From contig JBLIRP010000017.1 of the NCBI GenBank assembly GCA_049472355.1, forward strand, positions 1 to 49,939: 49,939 nt of DNA. Reading direction: 5' to 3'. The notes under the pieces were generated by a model, which saw only the letters and a list, made by a program, of their open reading frames with translations, did not search any database and was not told the origin of the DNA. The position numbers and the translations under genes were made by a program. Positions 30,267 through 39,379 of this stretch are shown here, piece by piece (positions within the stretch are counted from its first letter, which is position 1; each line of letters starts with the position of its first letter). This DNA comes from a bacterium (GTDB taxonomy: Bacteria; SZUA-182; DTGQ01; JAFGSM01).

Positions 30267-31767
30267 GATCCTCCCTCACCTTGTTGACATCCCGTACACA
30301 TCTGAACCCCGCACACCTGTATCCGCCATCAGGACATCCCCCTCTGCGGAAGGCTGCGCGTAACTCGTCCGGGGGACTCTCCCAGCCTCCGCCTCTTAAT
30401 ACATGCCATGAACCTTCCGAGGGACCCTGGGGATTTGCATGCACCGTCTGGTGGTAGTATTCCGGACTATACCAGTCCGCGCTCCATTCCCACACATTGC
30501 CTGCCATATCGAGACATCCGACGGGGCTCACCCCCGTTGGATAGCTCCCTATCGGGGCGGGGCCGTCGGATGTGCTGTTTTCTTTCGAGTAGCACCTCCC
30601 TTCCTCCCAGGCATCTCCCCATGGGTACCGCCTGCCATCGGTGCCGCGGGCGGCCTTCTCCCATTCGGCCTCGGTGGGGAGCCTTTTTTGTGCCCATGCA
30701 GCATAATCAGCGGCATCCTCCCAACTCACCCCGGTGACGGGCTGATCAGGTTGATCAAAACCGGGCTTCCCCCACAGCAGGGGAGGACGATGGCCCGTTT
30801 CCTTTAAAAACACCTCATACTGCACATTGGTCACCTCATATTTGTCGATATAAAAGGCATCCAGAAAGACCTCGTGGATGGGGTCCTCGTCCTCACGCTC
30901 CTTCGAACCCATCATAAAAGGTCCGGCAGGGACAAGCACCATAGACTCAAATCGACTCAGATCCATTGCCTTAAGCGCGGCATGTAAGGCCTTGGGCTCG
31001 CATCCGTCATTATCCCGCCCTTTCCCTCCCGTTGACGTCCCGGCCATCCTCTCCTTGATGACCCTCACGAGATCCTTCATATCCTTTATGTCCCCGCAAC
31101 CCTCAAGGTCAAGCAGTTGCCCGTTCGTCTCTGTAGGCGCCCTCTTCCTCGTGGGGGTATCCATGGCATGCTGCCCGGTTTTTATCTTTCCCGCAAGACG
31201 GGCTGCAAGCTCCTCGATTCGCCAGTCGATATCCTGCAGCCTTTCGGGGAAGGAAATCTGATCCGTCACCTCAAGCTCCCTGGTAACCGTGTCAAAAATC
31301 TTTATGCTGACGGTATATCGCCCATCGAGTTTGTTCACCAATCCCACCAGGACCTTTTCGATCCCCAGCATCCAGCCGATTTCCAGGGCGGCTTCATGAT
31401 CGGATACACCGCACTTTTGAAGAAACCGAAGGGTGCCCTGGGGATCGAAAATGGAGGGATGACATTCAATCTTGTTGCACCCCGAGGGTCTCAGGAAACC
31501 TCGCTTGTTGAGAATCTCGCTCATTCCATCCTTGCTCATCACATCGAATTGCTGAAGATGACCCAAGTGTGTCCTGATGTCTTGTGCGATTGTCTCTCCC
31601 AGATCCACAGAGAGGTTCGGCGAGGTCTCAAGATCGACGACTGCAATGCCGATCTTATTCGATGCCGGTGCAACTCCGGTAATGAGGCATACGACCGCAA
31701 TGATGACCCCCAAGAGCAGCCCGATGCGACAAGGAGTTCCATCCATTAGTCCTTCTCCGTTCCTCAA
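30259..31767 (-). CDS. Exported protein with an N-terminal alpha/beta (TolB_N/CsgG-like) domain and a C-terminal FGE-sulfatase (SUMF1-like) domain
   Basis: GPFMMGS, YIDKYEVTN, PVTGVSWEDA, RLPTEAEWEKAARG, DMAGNVWEW, RGG.W, GFRC; N-terminal hydrophobic signal. Confidence 0.88.
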   Translation of the reverse strand: MRNGEGLMDGTPCRIGLLLGVIIAVVCLITGVAPASNKIGIAVVDLETSPNLSVDLGETIAQDIRTHLGHLQQFDVMSKDGMSEILNKRGFLRPSGCNKIECHPSIFDPQGTLRFLQKCGVSDHEAALEIGWMLGIEKVLVGLVNKLDGRYTVSIKIFDTVTRELEVTDQISFPERLQDIDWRIEELAARLAGKIKTGQHAMDTPTRKRAPTETNGQLLDLEGCGDIKDMKDLVRVIKERMAGTSTGGKGRDNDGCEPKALHAALKAMDLSRFESMVLVPAGPFMMGSKEREDEDPIHEVFLDAFYIDKYEVTNVQYEVFLKETGHRPPLLWGKPGFDQPDQPVTGVSWEDAADYAAWAQKRLPTEAEWEKAARGTDGRRYPWGDAWEEGRCYSKENSTSDGPAPIGSYPTGVSPVGCLDMAGNVWEWSADWYSPEYYHQTVHANPQGPSEGSWHVLRGGGWESPPDELRAAFRRGGCPDGGYRCAGFRCVRDVNKVREDHE

Positions 31768-31785
31768 CGCGCACCCCTGCTACGA

Positions 31786-32652
31786 TTAAACCCATCCACT
31801 GCCTTTTATCAGGGCATCAATCTCCATCGCCTGAAGGAGAATACCCTCCAGATCATTGAGCGGTATCATATTGGGGCCATCACAGAGCGCCTCATCCGGC
31901 CTGTCGTGCACCTCCAGAAAGAGGGCATCACACCCCACCGCAACGGCCGCCCTGATGAGGTATGGGCAGAATTCCCTTTCACCCCCGGATGCGATCCCCT
32001 TGTGAGCAGGCAATTGAACACTGTGCGTAGCATCAAATACAATAGGATAGCCGAACCCCCGGATGATGGGGAACGACCTGAAATCCACCACCAGATTCTG
32101 GTAGCCGAACGCATATCCCCTTTCGGTGATCAGCACCTGGTCGTTTCCCGCTTGTAACGCCTTTGCAGCGATCTGGCCCACCTGACTGGGAGCGATGAAT
32201 TGTCCCTTCTTAATGTTGACTGGCTTTCCGGTCTGTGCGGCGGAGACTATGAGATCGGTTTGCCTGCAAAGAAAGGCAGGTATCTGGATCACATCGAGCA
32301 CCTCCGCAACCCTTTCCGCCTGATCGGGGGTATGGATGTCCGAGAGCAGGGGAACACCCACCTCGAACTTGACCTTTTTAAGAATGGCAAGCCCCGCATC
32401 GAGACCAGGTCCCCTATACGAGGAATGGGCGGTCCGATTGGCCTTGTCAAAGGAGGCCTTGAAAATGAAGGGAATGTTCAGTCGGGAGGTCAGTATCTTG
32501 AGGGCCTCCGCCATACGAATACAGTGCGACTCCGACTCAATAACGCAGGGACCTGCGATGAGGGCGAGCGGAGCCCCATCACCCACGACGACGCCCTCAA
32601 TGTGTATCCGGTGCGGCGGATGATTACCCCTCTGTATCTGCCCCCCCTCCAT
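31786..32652 (-). CDS. kdsA: KDO 8-phosphate synthase
   Basis: IAGPCVIES, KASFDKANRT, QIPAFLCRQTD, KKGQF, DATHSVQ, CDGP. Confidence 0.97.
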   Translation of the reverse strand: MEGGQIQRGNHPPHRIHIEGVVVGDGAPLALIAGPCVIESESHCIRMAEALKILTSRLNIPFIFKASFDKANRTAHSSYRGPGLDAGLAILKKVKFEVGVPLLSDIHTPDQAERVAEVLDVIQIPAFLCRQTDLIVSAAQTGKPVNIKKGQFIAPSQVGQIAAKALQAGNDQVLITERGYAFGYQNLVVDFRSFPIIRGFGYPIVFDATHSVQLPAHKGIASGGEREFCPYLIRAAVAVGCDALFLEVHDRPDEALCDGPNMIPLNDLEGILLQAMEIDALIKGSGWV

Positions 32653-32664
32653 GCCCTCTTTTCC

Positions 32665-34293
<1,629 letters not shown>

Positions 34294-34836
34294 CTATGTT
34301 CCTTGACGCCCGTCAAGGATTCAATGCCCACTGCTGAAAGGAATTCAGGACTTAAGGATCGTTCAATACCGCTCCGCCTTATGCAGCGGATACGGCCCGG
34401 CCTCAAAAAAATAAGGCCCCCGGAGAAGTCATTTGGCTCTTTTTCATTGTGTCTCAGGAGGTCTTCAATTCGGGCAATAAAAACGATCCACATAATTCAA
34501 TAGCGGGAAGTGGTATCCATTGAATCCGTAAACGGGGTAAGTATAGTATACCCCTGTAGACAATTCAAGGGCATTCGGGCACCTTGTCCAGGCACCTACG
34601 TCGCGCAACAGGAGAAATTCGTTGTTTTTACCAAAGCAAGGCTGTCGATTTCGATATTCTAGACCTTGCCAAGGCAAGCGATGAGGGATGAAAGAATTAT
34701 ATGCGGAGATATCATAGAAATCCGGGATTCATTCATTATATTTTAAAATGATGGCAAAATTTGAAAAAATATCGAGATATATCATAAAAAATGGAGGCGT
34801 AATCATCAAAGCATACGGTCAATCCCCTGCATATTC

Positions 34837-34866
34837 TTTACAAAGCACTCTAAAAAGTGGTATAAT
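34837..34866 (+). promoter_or_regulatory. sigma70-type promoter with extended -10
   Basis: TTTACA-18 bp-TATAAT with TG one base upstream of the -10, about 50 bp before the 34914 start. Confidence 0.55.
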
Positions 34867-34913
34867 TTCATAGGTCTTAGTTATAGTTAATCCCTTTTTC
34901 CGAGAAAGGTTAG

Positions 34914-35375
34914 GTGAGAGAGGTGAGAAAAACTATCCTAGTGTCCTTCCTGATTCTTTTAATCCCCCTCATGTGTGTCAATGCAACTGCTCAGCAATAC
35001 TACTCCGGGTATTACACCAGTCCCTACTACGGTGGATACTACGGCGGGTACGGCTACGGCTCTCCCTCCTACGGCTATAGCGGCTACGGCGGGTACGGCT
35101 ACGGCTCTCCCTCCTACGGCTATGGCGGCTACGGCGGGTACGGCTACGGCTCTCCCTCCTACGGCTATGGCGGCTGCGCACCCCGTCAAGGTGGTTTCGG
35201 TCCGCCCGGGCATGGCAGTCAAGGATGCGGAAGAGGCCGGGACCACGATTCCTGGTCTAAATATTTTGCTGCCCTGGCCGTTGTGAATGCCCGACTCCAG
35301 ACCATGCAAATGCTCTACGGAAGTCTGCATCTCAGCGGGGCATTGGGAAACAGTGCAGCCATATTGCTCCAGTGA
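34914..35375 (+). CDS. Secreted Gly/Tyr/Ser-rich repeat protein
   Basis: Signal peptide ending NATA|QQYY; three 15-aa repeats YGGYGYGSPSYGY(S/G)G. Confidence 0.8.
   Translation: MREVRKTILVSFLILLIPLMCVNATAQQYYSGYYTSPYYGGYYGGYGYGSPSYGYSGYGGYGYGSPSYGYGGYGGYGYGSPSYGYGGCAPRQGGFGPPGHGSQGCGRGRDHDSWSKYFAALAVVNARLQTMQMLYGSLHLSGALGNSAAILLQ
35040..35175 (+). repeat. Coding tandem repeat, 45-bp unit, three near-identical copies
   Basis: TACGGCGGGTACGGCTACGGCTCTCCCTCCTACGGCTAT(A/G)GCGGC starting at 35040, 35085 and 35130. Confidence 0.93.
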
Positions 35376-35470
35376 TCATTTCCACGTGTTGAAAATGGAT
35401 GGCGAGCAAAATTGCTGATCACTTTTCCTTGCCGTGACGCGTATGCAATTGAAACTGTGACATAATTTCT

Positions 35471-36016
35471 ATGAGAAAGGGGTGTGTCATGACGTATCGA
35501 GCGATGAGACGTGCCTGCGTGGTCATTTTATTCTCGCTTTTATTGCTTGTGTCTATTAGCCTGAGCAACGCGAGCGCCTATTTTTCATCAACCTATGGCG
35601 GCTATAGTGGGCTCTACGGTGGCTACGGTGGCGGCTATGGCGGGCTCTATGGTGGCTATGGCGGCATGTATGGTGGCCTCTATGGTGGCTACGGTGGACT
35701 CTATGGCAGCTATGGCGGGCTCTATGGTGGCTATGGCGGCCTCTACGGCATGTACGGCGGTGGCTACGGCGGACTTTACGGTGGCTACGGCGGCCTCTAT
35801 GGTGGCTATGGCGGCATGTATGGTGGCCTCTATGGTGGCTACGGCGGCCTCTACGGCATGTACGGCGGCATGTCCGGACTTGACCTCGGACTGGGCACTA
35901 TGCTTAATCCATTGGGTTATTATTCCTTAGGCGGCATGTATGGCCCATGGAATTCCTTTGATCCGCTTTCCGATCCGTTGCTGGGATTGGGTATGTTTTC
36001 CGCGGGCCTTTTATAA
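35471..36016 (+). CDS. Secreted GGYGGLY-repeat protein
   Basis: Signal peptide ending NASA|YFSS; about 90 aa of near-pure YGG/LYGG/MYGG repeats. True start may be ATG 35489. Confidence 0.82.
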   Translation: MRKGCVMTYRAMRRACVVILFSLLLLVSISLSNASAYFSSTYGGYSGLYGGYGGGYGGLYGGYGGMYGGLYGGYGGLYGSYGGLYGGYGGLYGMYGGGYGGLYGGYGGLYGGYGGMYGGLYGGYGGLYGMYGGMSGLDLGLGTMLNPLGYYSLGGMYGPWNSFDPLSDPLLGLGMFSAGLL

Positions 36017-36305
36017 TGCGTGGCGGATTTACGATCTACCACCCCTTTTGCAGCCCATTGGAATAAATAAACCATGAATGGCGATTATGCAATGTAATTC
36101 ATTCATTGGAAGCGTTATAAATTCAAGGGGTATGTAAAGTGATGCGGGAAGATATGAAAGGCTTTTCATACTATCATGCATTTTATCTGCCGGTCATGCG
36201 ATTGTTAGAGGAGAATTTGTCATTCGACATACTCATTATAACTATTAAATTATTGTTTCATTATACGTCTTTATGTTCGATAAAAAAAAGGGGGAGACTC
36301 CCTAT

Positions 36306-36321
36306 CGGCATAAAAATTGCA
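36306..36321 (+). promoter_or_regulatory. sigma54 -24/-12 promoter element
   Basis: CGGCATAAAAATTGCA, 269 bp upstream of the 36590 start. Confidence 0.72.
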
Positions 36322-36589
36322 GCAAATATTATTGAATTATAGATGTTTTATTTTTCAGACGAGGTATATATCAACTGAAATTTCTTAGTTATCGGTTCAT
36401 AATTTTTAAATTCAACAAATTAAGCGATATGCAGTTCGCTGTGGACCCCAGGAGGTGATGAGTATGATTTACCCATACATGAAACTAAGGAGGTGGTGTT
36501 AAGGAACGAAATGTCGTAGGGTTTATGTTTGTGACATATTAAACTCCCAAAATAAGTGATTACAGTGCAAGGTTCATGGAGGTAGGATA

Positions 36590-37084
36590 ATGAAGAAAGG
36601 TATTTTGTTTGTTTGCATATTGGTAATCGCTCTTGGCCTTTGTTTCTCCGGAGCACAAGCCTACTATGGCGGCTATGGCGGCCTTTTGGGCGGCTATGGC
36701 GGATATGGCGGCCTTTTGGGCGGACTCTATGGTGGACTCTATGGCGGACTGATGGGCGGACTCTATGGCGGACTGATGGGCGGACTCTACGGTGGCTATG
36801 GCGGCCTTTTGGGCGGATATGGCGGGTATGGCATGTACGGCAGTATGTACAGCCCGTTCGGCTTCCATAACCTCTACTATCCTGTGCAAACGGCCGGTGG
36901 GCTGACCTATCAGGTACCGTTCCTGCAGATTGCTCCTCTACTGGGTGTTGCCGGATTGTATAACCAACTCTTCCCGAATCTGTTTAATCCTCAGCCGCAG
37001 CTTCCACCTATTGTCAATGTGAGCACACCGACCTCATTGGGGGTAACCTTCCCCACTCCGGTTGGTACCTTTTCGATAACCTGA
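36590..37084 (+). CDS. Secreted GGYGGLL/GGLY-repeat protein with a Pro-rich C-terminus
   Basis: SD GGAGG; signal peptide ending GAQA|YYGG; GGLY/GGLM/GGLL repeats. Confidence 0.88.
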   Translation: MKKGILFVCILVIALGLCFSGAQAYYGGYGGLLGGYGGYGGLLGGLYGGLYGGLMGGLYGGLMGGLYGGYGGLLGGYGGYGMYGSMYSPFGFHNLYYPVQTAGGLTYQVPFLQIAPLLGVAGLYNQLFPNLFNPQPQLPPIVNVSTPTSLGVTFPTPVGTFSIT

Positions 37085-37100
37085 TAGTATCCGGTTGCAC

Positions 37101-37140
37101 AAAAAAGGCGCGGGGATCACCAATCCCTGCGCCTTTTTTT
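37101..37140 (+). terminator. Intrinsic (possibly bidirectional) terminator
   Basis: AAAAAAGGCGCGGGGAT-CACCA-ATCCCTGCGCCTTTTTTT. Confidence 0.88.
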
Positions 37141-37311
37141 CGCCCTTTTTTACGAAAACGATCCTCGCCGACATTTTTCCTCGAAAATATCCCGAAGGAT
37201 ATTGAGTAATTACTCCATGCTGTTGTATCGCATCGGCAATTATCTTACTATACCCATGGCGCCCAATTCTGATCACCGTACGGGCAATCTTTCATAGGCC
37301 GGAGGGTTTCT

Positions 37312-39324
37312 GTGAGGGGCAGGGATAAACGAATCGCACCGGTCGGCATTGCCGTCATCGTCATCCTTACCGTTTTTGCGTATCGAGGCAGCATCCGCAA
37401 TCATCTCCTCGAATGGGACGATCAGGTTTATGTGCGAGAGAATCCCTACATAAAGGGGATAACGTGCTCACATCTCAAGACCATCCTCACGCAACCCTAT
37501 TTCAAAAACTTCAGCCCCCTTCATCTTCTCTCCTATTGCGCCGACCATGCCCTCTGGGGAGAAGGCTATGCCGGCTATCACGTCACCAACCTGGCCATCC
37601 ATATCGTCAATGGCATTCTTCTGCTTCTCCTTGTGTTCCTCTGGACCCATGATTATTGGATCGCCCTTTTTGTTGCCGCTGCATTGCTCATACATCCCGT
37701 GCATGTGGAGTCTGTTGCGTGGATCTCCGAACGAAAGGGGCTTTTATGCGCCCTGTTTTTTTTCGGTGCCTTGCTTGCATATGACCGGCTCAAAAAAACC
37801 CGAATAAGGGGATGGTATCTTGCAGCCTTCCTTCTCTTTTCCCTCAGCATCCTGTCAAAGCCCATGGCGGTCACGCTTCCCTTGATTTTTGTACTCCTGG
37901 ATAGGACGCTCTACCGGGAACCTTCATCCCCGGGAGACCTCATCCCATTTTTCATCCTTTCCCTGTTTTCCGGGCTTACCACAGTATGGGCACAAGGCAC
38001 CGGCGGTGGAATCAAGGGATACATGGGAGGAAGCATCGTTACATCCATCCTCTCCATCCCCGTTATCATACTCCGCTATATCTCCCGGATATTCTGGCCG
38101 TTTCCCCCATTCAGGCTTTCTGCACGATACGTACTCCGCGGGAATATGGTTGCCCCGCATGCGGCTCTCCCTGCCTGGGGTCTGCTGGTACTCGTTGCGA
38201 TTCTTGTATTCTACCTGTACTCCCGGCTCCCCTCCGGGGAAGGTCGCATCACCGTTGCGGGGACCACCTGGTTTTTCATCACCCTGCTGCCGGTGCTGAA
38301 CCTTATCCCCACCAGCACGCAGATGGCCGACCGGTACCTCTATCTCCCCGCCATCGGCATTTATATAGCGATGGGGACATTGCTTGCACGGGGGATACGA
38401 AAGGCCGCTCATGTATCCCCTGCAGGGATGATCTCACTCATTATCCCGCTTGTGTGGCTGACCTGCCTCGGCGCGAAGACCCGCATGCGGGTGGCGATCT
38501 GGCAATCGGATACCACCCTCTGGGAGGATGCCTTGGAGGAGGACCCCGAAAACTATTATGCACTCACCAATCTGGCAAACGTCTACCTTTACAAGGCGAT
38601 TGATGAGCCCGATACAGGACAACGAAGGAAGGCCGCCGAGAAGGCGAACAGCATCTTTCTCCGTGCCCTGGAGATCAATCAGGATTACGCATCAGCGCAC
38701 CTGGGAACCGCAAGCACGCTCATTCATACCGGCTCCGCCCGGAAGGCACTGCCGCATCTCAGCAGGGCGTTACTCCACAATACGGAGCCCCTACAAAGGG
38801 TTCGAATATACTATACCGCGGGTCTCGCATTCATGCACATCGGACGAAGGGATGAGGCAGCCCTCTGGTTTCACAAGGCAATAGAGGAGGACAGGGGTTT
38901 CAAGCCCGCCTATTTCGGCCTGGGCCATCTCTATATGAACATCGGGCAGAACACGGAGAAAAGGGACCTGTGGCTGCAACGCGCCGCAGCGGTATATCAG
39001 GAGCTGATGCGCCGGTTTCCTGAGGAATTCAAGGCCTATTTCTCTCTGGCGGTGGTGAGGGAGAATGAGGGGCGTCCGGCCGAGGCACTGGCACTCTACA
39101 GGCAGGCCCTTGCACTTCCGGTGTCACCGGGGGAGGAAAGGGAAAGGGCCGATGCCCACATCAATATCGGAATCATCCACCAGCGGCAGGGAAGATATTC
39201 CCAGGCGATGTTCCATTACAGGGAGGCGCTGAGGATTGCACCCGGACATTCCCGTGCCCAGGAGATCGAGAGGACACTCGATGCGCTTCGGGAGGCCCTT
39301 TCGGCACAGCAGCATGCCTCATGA
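37312..39324 (+). CDS. TMTC-like GT-C membrane glycosyltransferase with C-terminal TPRs
   Basis: WDDQVYVRENP, YHVTNL..H..N, HPVHVESVAWISERK, SKPMAVTLP, ADRYLYLP, multiple TM segments, then TPRs. Confidence 0.85.
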   Translation: MRGRDKRIAPVGIAVIVILTVFAYRGSIRNHLLEWDDQVYVRENPYIKGITCSHLKTILTQPYFKNFSPLHLLSYCADHALWGEGYAGYHVTNLAIHIVNGILLLLLVFLWTHDYWIALFVAAALLIHPVHVESVAWISERKGLLCALFFFGALLAYDRLKKTRIRGWYLAAFLLFSLSILSKPMAVTLPLIFVLLDRTLYREPSSPGDLIPFFILSLFSGLTTVWAQGTGGGIKGYMGGSIVTSILSIPVIILRYISRIFWPFPPFRLSARYVLRGNMVAPHAALPAWGLLVLVAILVFYLYSRLPSGEGRITVAGTTWFFITLLPVLNLIPTSTQMADRYLYLPAIGIYIAMGTLLARGIRKAAHVSPAGMISLIIPLVWLTCLGAKTRMRVAIWQSDTTLWEDALEEDPENYYALTNLANVYLYKAIDEPDTGQRRKAAEKANSIFLRALEINQDYASAHLGTASTLIHTGSARKALPHLSRALLHNTEPLQRVRIYYTAGLAFMHIGRRDEAALWFHKAIEEDRGFKPAYFGLGHLYMNIGQNTEKRDLWLQRAAAVYQELMRRFPEEFKAYFSLAVVRENEGRPAEALALYRQALALPVSPGEERERADAHINIGIIHQRQGRYSQAMFHYREALRIAPGHSRAQEIERTLDALREALSAQQHAS

Positions 39325-39379
39325 TGAGCCGAATAATTCATTTGACCAGGACAGCCTGCAGTCGACCCACAGGAGATAC

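Noticed and set aside
30270..30420. FGE-fold C-terminus as a diversity-generating retroelement target
   Set aside because: No reverse transcriptase or template repeat seen in the window.
34816..34831. CGGTCAATCCCCTGCA as a sigma54 element for the 34914 gene
   Set aside because: Only GG-N10-GC matches; a better sigma70-type promoter lies just downstream.
35400..35416. TGGCGAGCAAAATTGCT upstream of the 35471 gene as a sigma54 element
   Set aside because: GG-to-GC spacing is 11, not the required 10.
35040..35860. Tandem repeats as a CRISPR array
   Set aside because: No unique spacers; units are multiples of three inside signal-peptide ORFs; no cas genes.
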